A stretch of 64,000 bases of DNA, from NCBI GenBank assembly GCA_028534125.1, contig CM052832.1:6884001-6948000 (forward strand). The letters are read 5' to 3'. This document shows positions 53,530 to 64,000 of the stretch, piece by piece; the first letter of the stretch is position 1; every line of letters begins with the position of its first letter. The position numbers were made by a program, and so were the translations under genes. The stretch is from Lama glama (taxonomy: Eukaryota). The notes under the pieces are model-generated. The model saw only the letters and a program-made list of their open reading frames with translations. It had not been told where the DNA came from and did not search any database.

Positions 53530-53857
53530 CACACACACACGCACACACACACACACACTACATCTTCTTTATTCAGTCATCTGTTGATGGACATTTAGGT
53601 AACTTTCATGTCTTGGCTATTGTAAATAATACTGTTATGAACATTGGGGTGCATATATCTTTTCAAATTAGTGTTTTTGTATTTCTTGGATATATATCCA
53701 GGAATGGAATTGCTGAATCATATGGTAGTTCTAGCTTTAGTTTTTTGAGAAACTTCCATGCTGTTTTCTATAGTGGTCACACGAGTTTACATTCCCACCC
53801 TTAGTGTACAAGGGTTCTTTTTTCTCCACATCCTCACCAACATTTGTTATTTGTGTT
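53101..53857 (-). mobile_element. 5'-truncated L1 3' end with internal (TACA)n(CA)n repeat
   Basis: Minus-strand ORF 53344-53556 contains the L1 ORF2 C-terminal motif MEYYSAIKKNEILPFAATWMNLEGIMLSEISQ; poly-T at the left end. Confidence 0.9.
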
Positions 53858-54129
53858 TCCCCTGACTCTTAAGTTGATCTCCAATCAGTGTATGTAATGT
53901 TTTACATTTGTCCTGGGTCCTGACAGCACCATGAGGTATCAAGGGAACATTGTTATCCTTGAATAAGGAGCCCAAGGCTCAGAGGAGGTAAATGATTTGT
54001 CCACGGTCGTACTTCAGGGAAGGATGGAACCAGAGCTAGGATTTGAGTTGTCCAAGTCCAGGATTTGTCCCACGCTGCGGTGTGTTTAACTCAGACCTTG
54101 GCTGTTGGCTTTTTTGGGAAGGCTGACCC

Positions 54130-54277
54130 ACTGCCCTCTCAAAGTGTGGATCTTAGAACAGAAGCACCTCCTGGGAATTCGTTAGAAATGCAAATTCTTG
54201 AGCTTTGCCCCAAACGTACTGTGTTTTAACAGCCCTTCCAGGTGGCTCTGAGGGATGCTAAGGTTTGAGAACTTCTG
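54130..54277 (+). mobile_element. MER5A MITE
   Basis: tctcaaagtgtgg...gttagaaatgcaaattctt...gtttgagaacttctg. Further MER5-like pieces at ~13921-13976, 37260-37420, 42530-42665 and 59125-59258. Confidence 0.75.
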
Positions 54278-55035
54278 TTCGAGGAGTTCTCAATAAATGT
54301 TGTTGAATGAATACTTTTTAAGAATTCTCAGACTTTCATGAACATGTTTAAAATATTTAAGAACTCCTATTTATATTTTTATTTGGAAATGACTTTTGAG
54401 GAATCACTCCCTATTAACCAATCCCCAGTCGGAGAGTGGAGTATTTTATCATACAGAGATGAGGAGGACCAGCCGTTTGCCTGGAGGAGTGGGGAGGGAA
54501 GGGAAGAGGTCCTGAATAGGAATACGGATAAAACTGGGAAGAGAGATTGGGACCACGGAGAGGCAGCTCACAGAGCTAGATTTTTATCCTGTTATCAGTG
54601 AAAGGTCTAGGCCATCGGAGGCTTCTGAGTGCGGGTTCCAAAGAGCCAAGGAAGCAACTTAGGGCATTCCACTAGATCTGTCCATTATTTTTAATTTTAC
54701 AGATGACAGAGGAAAGTCGACTGGGCTACAGATCTGGGGCAGTTCACTGGCATGGCAGCCAGAAAATAATCTTTCCCCAAAAGTTGCAGAGCCATTTTGA
54801 TTGATCACAATTTGCATGCAGAGATACCAGTCACAATATGCCTGTCTGTAAAGCTTGTGGTGGTGGTGGTGGATAAAAATGATTACAGTTCACCGGAGAA
54901 GACTGAAGGCTGTCATAGGAAAGAGGGATGCAAAATCCAAAAGGCCAAGGGGCCAAAAATGAGGGATGGAGAAGTTGCAACAGTCCCTGTTATTCAAGGG
55001 TAGAATAAAAGCAATCACCCAATCTATTTATTTAA

Positions 55036-55165
55036 CAATTTTTTTTGGTGGGAGGAGGCAATTAGGGTTCTTTCTTTCTTTCTTTTTAGAGGAGGTACCA
55101 GGAATTGAACCTAAGACTTCCTGCATGCTAAGCACGCGCTCTACCGCTTGAGCTATACCACCCCC
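55036..55165 (-). mobile_element. Camelid-type tRNA-derived SINE, long form
   Basis: tRNA-like body with perfect 14-bp TSD atctatttatttaa (55022-55035, 55166-55179). Confidence 0.9.
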
Positions 55166-55340
55166 ATCTATTTATTTAAAATAAATATTTATTACACATA
55201 TTTACTATCAGTCATCTTGTAGCTCAAACACAGCTTCCTTGCAAAAGACAAAGCTCTGAAAGGAAGTAATTTCCTCTTTTGATGTGTGGGCAGATCTATC
55301 TGAACGACACAGTCCACTTAGTCGTCAAAAGTCAAATGAC

Positions 55341-55541
55341 ACACACTGCTCTATGTAAAACAGATAAACAAGGACCTACCGTACAGCACAGGGAACTATA
55401 TTCAATTTCTTGTAATGAGCTGTAATGATAAGGAATCTGAAAAATATATATATGTCTGGATATGTATAGCTGAATCACTTTGCTGCACACGTGAAACTAA
55501 CATTGTAAATTGACTACACCTTCATAAAAAATAAGAATAAA
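55341..55541 (+). mobile_element. 5'-truncated L1 3' end
   Basis: gtacagcacagggaactatattcaat...gctgaatcactttgctg. TSD aaaagtcaaatgac (55327-55340) / aaaagtcaagtgac (55542-55555). Confidence 0.88.
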
Positions 55542-55947
55542 AAAAGTCAAGTGACTATAGCCCGTCACACTCACATGGTGCAGTTGTAAAATCCACCACG
55601 GAGAGAATCAACAGTTATTGCTGGTTTCCTGACTAGCTGCCTTTCATCTCTTCTGGTTATTTTAGGGAACCTCATAGGTCTGAGCCGCTGCCATGTCCAC
55701 CACCCATTGAAACAGAGTCTGAAGTGATTATTAATACTGAGAATCACTAGATCTGATCCAAGGAAGGATCAGACTGTAGGGCGATGAGCCAGAAGTATGA
55801 AGAAGGGGTTCCTTGAAATTTCCGAGCCGCTTTGAAGTGAATGAACGCCGTCCACACCGCGTGTTGTATGAATGAGTTTATCAGATGGAGGCAGCTAGGT
55901 TCAAATGTCCCTTTAAATCCTATTTTGAAAGTAGAAATGTGCGTATC

Positions 55948-56054
55948 TAGTGTTACCAACTCACCCCAGTTTGCCAGGGACCTTCCCAGTTTTAAGCCCT
56001 GAAAGTTCTGGAATCCCCTCAGCCCTGGGCCAGCTGGGATGGCCGGTAACCCTA
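55948..56054. mobile_element. MER81-like hAT-Blackjack MITE
   Basis: Terminal inverted repeats tagtgttacc / ggtaacccta; internal ccagtttgccagggac. Confidence 0.75.
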
Positions 56055-56805
56055 CACGCGAACAAGCAGACAAAAAATAAACCCAGATAGGAGACCGGGA
56101 AACTGAAAGGGCACTTCCCTAATGTCCCACCCAGAAGTGAACACTGCTCCCTGGACGCGAAGAACGTGTATTCAACATTTATTCCGTCCTGCCTTACATA
56201 TATTAGTAGTAGTCGTAGTACTACGCTAATTACACTCGTCTTTTCATGCTTGCCATAGGTAACTGAAAGCTGGGCCCACCTGCAGGGGTCAGAGCCCTTC
56301 CCACGCACATAGTCTCATTTGACCCCCGCCGTCACACTTAAAGATGGGCAGGGCAGGTGTCAGAGGCCCAGGTATAACAGCACCCCCACTTTCAGGGGAG
56401 CATCTGGACCGGAACCTAGGCTTTCTGATTCCCAGTCCAGGGGTTTCCTCCACCACAAATCATTTACATTCTGTTGGTGACACTCAGGCCCAGATCCTTC
56501 ACCTACAAAGCATAGCGAAAGAGGTCATTTATAACTTACAACACGGATTAATCCCAAGGCTTCTAGGCACTTTTTAGTTGTATTGATTACCTTCTAGGTG
56601 AGAGTAGTGAGTGGCACTGGTCCCCCTTTCATGATAAATGAAATGAAGGCTCCAACGGCAGGCGCTCAGGTCACACAGCACTTACAGCTTGGAGACTGTC
56701 GGTTACACAGTGTCTTGTCCTTTGTGATTGGGCGTCCTTGCACCGTTGGCACCTCTGAAGACAGCATAACTATATATATATATTTTTTTTTTAAAGAAAT
56801 GTCTA

Positions 56806-57049
56806 ATTATACTGTATAGCATGGGGAAATGTATACAAGATCTTGTGGTAGCTCACAGCGAAAAAAAATGTGACAATTAATATATGTATGTTCATGTGTA
56901 ACTGAAAAATTGTGCTCTACACTGGAATTTGACACAACATTGTAAAATGACTATAACTCAATAAAAAAAGTTTAAAAAAAAGCTAACATTGAACCAGTTT
57001 ACTGAAAACTGTAAGAATCTTGCAGTTAAAAGTTCAAAAAAAGAAAAGA
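56806..57049 (+). mobile_element. Young L1 3' end with probable 3' transduction
   Basis: L1 terminus plus A-tract (to 56981), 54 nt of non-L1 sequence, then a second A-tract. Perfect 13-bp TSD aaagaaatgtcta (56793-56805, 57050-57062). Confidence 0.85.
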
Positions 57050-57594
57050 AAAGAAATGTCTAGATTGATAGAAACTCAACCAAAAGCTAAAGCTTACCTG
57101 CCCCAGTGAGACTCTGAGACCATCACTGAACAAGTTGGAGGCACACTGGGCTGCGCTGGATATGTAAGTTGGCCATTCCCTGTTGCCCTCACACAATATG
57201 CATTTTAGCTTTGACACAAATGCTTTGGTTTCAAGTTGCACGTTGAATTAACAGGAACCACATCTTAGGAGCTGGTTACTCCCTGGCACCTAAGCTACTT
57301 CCTGGTTTGTTAAAATGGTTTCTTTCATCTTATTTTGTGTTCTCCTGTATCTGCTCCAGTTCGCAGCAGTGGACTTGAATTTGCTAATATCTCAGGTGTC
57401 GCAAAGCTGCATCCACAGTCACTCTCAAGTTCTAAGCCAGTCTTTGGAGACACACGTGTAAGATCCAAGAGTGCATCAGAGCGGATTCCCCTTCCTTTTC
57501 TTCTTCCTCTTTTCTCCCTTCCCTTTCGTTTTACTCTGTTTTAAATTACAAATATATCGTCAGTGTGACAAGTCAGACCTTAAAGAGGTGTAGA

Positions 57595-57880
57595 GACCCA
57601 GAATACTTTATCCAGAACCCTGAAATTCAGAAAAGCTCTGAAACCTGAACGTTCTTTTGTAAATGTGTGGCTGGCTCATTTGGAGGCGACGCTGACCTGG
57701 ATGTGGGGGGCTGTCCGTGGCCGCTGCCTGTCCCGCACAGTGCTGCAGCCATGTCACCACCCAGATTCCAGGGTGGTGGCCAGAGCCTGCGAGGATGGAG
57801 TGGGCTTACACGGATCTCGTCACCTTGCTACACGCCAACGTATTTTAAATTTTGAAACATATCTGGCCCTGAGGGTTGGG
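57595..57880. mobile_element. MER46C/Tigger-like MITE
   Basis: ctgaaattcagaaaagctctgaaacctgaa ... aattttgaaacatatctggccctgagggtt. Confidence 0.55.
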
Positions 57881-59423
57881 ATGCTTCCTTGCCTGAAACC
57901 ACATAAAGAAAATATGAAAACTCTCCCTTCACACAGCCTTCCAGTACCTCCTACTGGAGAAGCTGAAGTTATCGGTGTTAAGTACCACCCTCTACTCCCT
58001 GCTCGCCATGGTCGCGTGCGTGTGTGCGCACACACACACACACACAGACACACACATTTTAAATTTGAAAACAAAACCCTGTATGTGTGTTCATGTATAA
58101 CACAGGGTTTTGTTTCTAAATAAGAAGGGAACATACGATTCACATTACTTTGTGACTTGTATTTTTTTTCCCCCATCATGACCTTCCCTCCAGGATAAGA
58201 CAGAAGACTCCAACCCAGTGTCCTTACTAGCTGGATGCTCTTGCATTCAGTACGGCCGTATTGTCCTATAGTCAACCATTCTGCTGTCAACAGTATTATG
58301 CTTTTGAGGATCTGTGATTATGAAAGGACAACTTATCTACAGAATTTAATTCATTCTCTATGCATTGGCATGTTGGTCGGCCAAGACACCTTTTCTCTCC
58401 ATTATACAGGTGGAAACCCTGAGCAGAGAATTTGTTTTAAGGGTTGGCTGCAGTGTATTGGCTTCCTTGTTTTTTCTGCAGCTCTCTCCACAGACTTTCT
58501 GTACCCCGGGGGATGCAGACAGGTGGGTAGCCTGCACTGCACAGAGATGGGCACCGATGTGACACCTCCAGAAAGCCCAAGTCACTAACCACGCCCTGAC
58601 AGGTTTCCATAGCGTCACCTCTTAGAAGGGGGTCCAGCATCTGGCTGGTCCCACAGGCAAAGAGGCAGGGGATGTCAGGGGGATCGGCCCGTCAGGGATG
58701 CATGTGTTCAGCCGTGACTCTAGGCTCTGCCGGCTCCTGACGGACAGGCCACATCATGGAATTTCAATAAATAATGTAGCCCTGGCTCTGGTTTCAGCGG
58801 CCGTGTTCACTTTCAGCACCAGGCTGCCCCTGTTATTTGTAGGCAGCGCCCCACCCCCCACCCCCGCACAGGGTATGGAAATTTGGCTGAGATTTACTCA
58901 CAGTGTTAGAACCCAGGAGGGCCAGATTCCTAGAGAATTTTTTCCCCCCTAAACAGATGTGCAAAATCCAGATGTGCAAAAATGCCCCTTTTTAAGATTA
59001 AAGAAAGAAAAGCTGGTATCGCTGACCTCGTGCAGGGATCACAAAGCTCTTCACATTGTCCCTATAGGACACCTTTGTCTTCCCAAGGTTCTGAAGACCA
59101 GCCCTCTCCGTCACTTAGAGGCGCAAATTGCCTAGAATCTTGAGAATGTAGATTTGAGTTCAGTAGGTCTGGGGTAGGGCCTGAGAACCGACATATCTGC
59201 CAAGCTCCTAGAGGAGGCTGGTGTTACTGGTCCGTGGACCTCACTTTGAGTAGCATGGCTGTAGGCAACCTAGAATTTCCTCCTGTGAAGACAGTTGTTC
59301 CCTGTAGGGCCAGGAGCTCTGCAGGAGAGATAGAAGCTCTTAATGGGACTCGGCTGCAGGTTGGGCTCATGTTCATAATTACTGTAGAGCTGTCAGACAT
59401 CATATTCTAGCTATAATTTCTTT

Positions 59424-59462
59424 CTTTCTCCCTTTCTCCCTTTCTCCCTTTCTCCCTTTCTC

Positions 59463-59539
<77 letters not shown>

Positions 59540-59699
59540 TTTCTTTCTTTCTCTTTCTCTCTTCCTTCCTTCCTTCCTTCCTTCCTCTCCTTCCTCCCTC
59601 CCTCCCTCCCTTCCTTCCTTCTAAATGGTGATACTGGGGATTGAACCCAGGACCTCGTGCATGCTAAGCATATCTACCACTGAGCTCTACCCTCCTCCC
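59424..59699 (-). mobile_element. Camelid-type tRNA-derived SINE with tail expanded into a compound microsatellite
   Basis: SINE body ~59622-59699. TSD agctataatttcttt (59409-59423) / agctctaatttcttt (59700-59714) encloses the (TTTC)n/(TTCC)n tract. Confidence 0.88.
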
Positions 59700-60467
59700 A
59701 GCTCTAATTTCTTTTGAAGAGCCAAACTGGGGCTGTAGTGTTATTATTGTGCCCTGTCCTTTTAGATCACTTACATGTCCCTCATCTCATTTGAACTTCA
59801 CAGAGAACTTGAAGCAGATGGGCAGGGTGTTATTACCCCCAGCTACAGATGAGGGAGAGAGCTTCGAGGCCAGTTCAAGCCGTCTTTAATTCCCCCTTGG
59901 GTGAAAAGATTGAGAGAGAGATGTGGTGCTCAAAGCTAGTTCCACAGCTGCAGATACTACAGAGTAAAAGTCCTGGAGAGTCACACTCACTACTTACATT
60001 ACGTTTGTTTCCAAGGTCTTGTCTCTCTTCAGTCCCATAGTATGTCTCTGAAGCTGTGGTCTTTGCATCCAGGCTATATTTTGAACAATTGGGATGTTGT
60101 AACTGACCCTGAACTGTATCACAAGACTGAGAAGAGAAAAATCAAACAGGGTCTGTTTTAGGACTTAGTAGAAAGAAACTCTGTTAAAGAAAGAGGTGAT
60201 AAGAGCCAATTGGGGAGAACACAGAGGGAAATTACGCTTCTCATTTTAGCTTTGCCCATGTCATCTTCTCTTCAGCAAGTCTCTGCTTTCCGTTTGAAAG
60301 TGTCTGCAGAATTCCGTCTAAGGTTAGCATTATGCATAAAATACGTAATCACCAGATGACGCTGACATTCTTGCCCATGGATCCTAGCTGAGACCTCAGA
60401 ATTTTCTGCATCAGGCTTCCAGCAGCCTCCTCCAATAGTTGGGAGATGAAGCAAAGTTGAAAAGTAC

Positions 60468-61076
60468 TTTTTTTTTAAACTGAAGTATAGTATAGTTGAT
60501 TTCCAGTGTTGTGTTAGTTTCTGGTGTACAGCATAGAGATTCAGTTATACATATTTTTTCATATTCTTTTTCATTATAGGCTATTATGAGATATTGAATA
60601 TAGTTCCCTGTGCTATACACTAGGACCTTGTTGTTTATCTATTTCATATATAGTAGTTTTTACCTGATAATTCCAAACTCCTAATTTATCCTTCCCCCTT
60701 TTTCTTCTTTGGTGACCATAAGTTTGTTTTCTACATCTGTGAGTCTGTTTCTGTTTTGTAAATAAGTTCATTTATGTCATTTTTTAGATTCCGTGTATAA
60801 GTGATATCATGTGATATTTGTTCTTTCTCTGACTTCACTTAGTGTGATAATAATCTCTAGGTCCATCCGTGCTGCTGCAAGTGGCATTATTTCATTCTTT
60901 TTTTATGGCTGAGTAACATTTCATTCCATAACCACATCTTCTTTATTCAGTCATCTGTCGATGGACATTAGGTTGCTTCCACATCTGCTGCTCTGAACAT
61001 TGGGCCGCATGTGTCTTTTTGAATTAGAGTTTTCTCCAGATATATACCCAGGAATGGGATTGTTGGATCATATGGT
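60468..61076 (-). mobile_element. 5'-truncated cetartiodactyl-type L1 3' end
   Basis: Poly-T, tgaagtatag...ctggtgtacagcat, gaatatagttccctgtgctatac. TSD gcaaagttgaaaagt (60451-60465) / gcaaagctgaaaagt (61077-61091). Confidence 0.9.
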
Positions 61077-64000
61077 GCAAAGCTGAAAAGTCTTTGTCAT
61101 TCCTGAGCCTTCATCAAAAGATAATTTGAGGGGGTTGATCCTAAACATTATTCTATTTGGCACCTTTAAACTAAATGGAAATACAAATGACACACTTTGT
61201 TGACTGTCTACTGTGGCATATACTTCCATGGATGGAGCAGTTTCTGCTGGAGTGGGAAACACGTCTTTACAGCTGCTCCACCAAGTGGCCGACGGGAAGG
61301 CTCCTCTCTGTGGATCCCAGTATTAGAACGTGGAAGCCAAAACAAGGTCTTTTTGGTGCTTGTGAGCTCGAGCTTACCCCCAGAAGCATCATACCAAATT
61401 CTGAGATGTACAGACAAGATCCAGTAGAGGAGAAGAAACACTTGTGCACCTCATTTACTTTGGAGTTATTTGGGGGCCGTTTTGTATCTTTATAATGGGC
61501 ACCTCCAGTGTTCTCTCCTAGGCGTAAAGTGAGGAATTTGCATTACAGCTCTGCACAATCAAGGGTCATTTCTAACTTCTTGGTGGCCAGTTACCAATGC
61601 TGAACAAGTGAGCATGGAGAGAAGCAGAGAAGTCAAAGCCAGACATTGTCCGGTCATTCCTTCTTTTACAGGTGAGAATGCAGAAGGCCACAGTCTGATT
61701 GGCTCAAAGGCATATTTATCTTGCAGAACATCTGGGGCCAGCCCGAAGCTCTCTGACCCCCACTAACCAGGCAGAATGTGAAGGGGTCAGCCTGTCACTT
61801 GGCGCTGTTGTAGTCCTTACAAAAGGAAATATGGCAGGTCTTGGGAGAATTCCCTTTTTGAAGAGAAACACAGGCTCCATCTCAGGTTGTGGCTTCCAGG
61901 GTGATGACCCGGACTGTTGTGTGTGTGGTATAATTACTGGGGTCAGTTTATTTTATTTTTTTTAAATAGGAGAACAATAAATAGAACATTTCCTGCCTTC
62001 GTCTGCCATTTGGAAAAGCCTTTCATTTCCCCTTTGGGCCTAGGGGATTACAAAAGGCAGACTTCTGTCCAATTATAGACTGGCTTAAGCTTGAACGGAT
62101 AAACTCAGCCTGAGTCTTCAAGGGAGAGAAAATGAGAGAGGTCCCCTTGACACAAAACCTGGCTCCGTTGCTTCGTCTGTAGCTGGGAGGCTGTTTATAA
62201 GAAGGCCCCTCTGAAGCAGAGAACAGAAAGATCTAGACCCACAGTCTTCCCAGGAAATGCTGCAGGAGCTTGAAAGACCTGAGTAGGGTGGGCTTACGGG
62301 ACAGCGGGCATTTGGTTGGTAGAACATTTTTCCATTGCATGGTGGCAGAGGAGACCCCCCCTCAACAGACGTTTAGTGAACTGGTTGGGGGTGTGAGAGG
62401 GAGGAAGGAGGGGTGGTCCAGAAGGCAGTGACCGTGAGGACAGCCGATATATTGAGTACGCACTCTGCACCAGGCCCTGAGCTCCCATTTTACTTCCATT
62501 GTCTCCTTATCTTCCCCATCGGCTCTAGGGGAGGAGTGTGGAGAGGAGGTTGCCCAGCTGCCCTTCTGCCCTCCCCGTGGGGGCTCAGGAACGGCAGTGT
62601 GAGCCTGGACTTTTCAAGCTCTATAAACCAAACTTCACTGACATATGATAAAACACTAATTTTGCAGTGTTCCAGAGGGTCCTGGAGTCACGTGACCCTA
62701 TTTAGTAACTCTCCTGTATCAGATTTGATTTTAGTGCCACAAGCTTTTAATCTGTTATATTTGGGAGGTTTGTTTAAATGAGAGCTTCCTGAACCCAACT
62801 GAGGGGCTGGGTGACCGATTTTGTGATTTTTGTAAAGTCTTCCAGACCAGCTTGTTTTGTTAAAATGCTGAATTAAAAAACTCCACATTCAGACCACCGG
62901 GGCAGAGGGCGGGATGAATAACAGTTGAGGAATCTCCCCTATCACAGGGCCCCAGACATCAACCTTTGTCAAGCTGATGTCAAGATACCCTTGTTTTAGT
63001 ATTCGAGGAATTTCCTCGAGGAAAATTCAAGGGATTGCAGGCTCATTCCCTGAATGGAGGGGGATGGATTCATGATCAAAAGCTGGAACTAATTTCTGTA
63101 GCATCTTGAATAATGAAAAAAATGTGAAGGGAGGAAAACAAAACTTTTGACAGTGGCCTAATTAAGTGGAAGGCGTGTTTCCTCCATTAGGACTGGTATT
63201 CTCCGGGGGAGGCTTAATGAGAAGATGTCTCCTTTCAGTTAAACCCATGTGGGAAGGCGTTCTGTTTATTTGGGGCTGTAAGATTTTTATCGCTCTTTGG
63301 TTTCCTGTGCTTTGGTGTGTTTCTGAAGTGGAAGAATTCCAGCTTTCAGTTCTTCTGATCCAAGCACTGACAGCCACAATCAGGCCTAAAGAATAGCATG
63401 ACGGCCCCGTAAATATTTGTGACAGAGGTTCCCAGACATTCAGAGAACACAAAGGCTTCCACGGAGCTTGGATAGAAAGCCACCAGAAAACTGTCACAAG
63501 CCGCATCCCTCAGTCCCGTCCACCCATCTTCCTGGAGTTCCAGACCTTTGAGTCTTTGGTTCTTGAACTACTTGAAGACGTTGTTTGGTTGGGAAATATT
63601 GCTCCGCATAGAAACTCAATGATCTTGGAGAGGACAGACGTCCATGCATGCTTCATTGTAGCAACAGCTAACCAAATGTGAGTCACTCTCCCTTTCTCCC
63701 TTCATCGTCCACGTGAGACTGTCTAGTTTGGGAACACTTGTCTCCAGCCAGTGGACAGTACCTCCGTGTTCATGGGTTTTGTGTGTGGAGCCATCCATTC
63801 AATGGAGAAAGCAAACACAGGTGTGTTGTTGAATTTTTGTGTCATCAAAGAGAGATCTACTGACTCTTTACTAAGGCATAGCATTTCACAAACAGGGCTG
63901 TTTAATTAGCTCTTCCTAAATGTTTGCCTTCCGTGGTCATAATGACAACAGCTCTAAATTTATAAAGCGAACCCTGTGTGTTTTACATGTATTAGCATCT

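Larger units (their letters stand above)
26176..64000 (+). other. CLIC5: CLIC5A intron 1 (runs past the window end)
   Basis: Starts at the GT donor. The exon 2 peptide (AGIDGESIGNCPFSQRLF...) was not seen in the ORF track or by reading; sequence is repeat-rich. Confidence 0.8.

Noticed and set aside
63795..63825. atggagaaagca, resembling part of CLIC5 exon 2
   Set aside because: The match is only about 12 nt, flanks do not encode AGID or GNCPFSQR, and no acceptor precedes it.
1..64000. Novel multi-gene system, CRISPR array or prokaryote-like operon
   Set aside because: The window is ordinary mammalian intronic and promoter DNA. I saw no repeat-spacer array, no long unexplained ORF and no foreign-composition block.

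Overview
Mammalian genomic DNA, most likely camelid (alpaca/llama/camel), judged from five copies of a short tRNA-derived SINE and cetartiodactyl-type L1 3' ends, with no Alu, Bov-tA or PRE1 recognised. The only coding sequence I can support is the 63-nt first coding exon of the short isoform of chloride intracellular channel 5 (CLIC5A; MTDAATANGDDRDPEIELFVK, 26113-26175, + strand, GT donor), inside a CpG island with a TATA-like box. Everything downstream is CLIC5 intron 1 (exon 2 not found). By analogy with the human gene, the upstream half probably lies in the first intron of the longer CLIC5B isoform. The rest is repeat-rich non-coding DNA (L1, L2, MIR, an ERV1-type solo LTR, MaLR, hAT/Tigger MITEs, microsatellites) plus a 500-N gap. 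I found no evidence of a new gene system. The most interesting signals are retrotransposition footprints: an L1 with an apparent 54-nt 3' transduction, a U6 retrocopy joined to L1 sequence, a twin-primed L1, an internally primed L1, and a SINE tail expanded into a compound microsatellite. There are also in-frame near-cognate start codons in the CLIC5A leader and several candidate regulatory motif clusters. Repeat names are from recalled consensus sequences and boundaries of old repeats are approximate.
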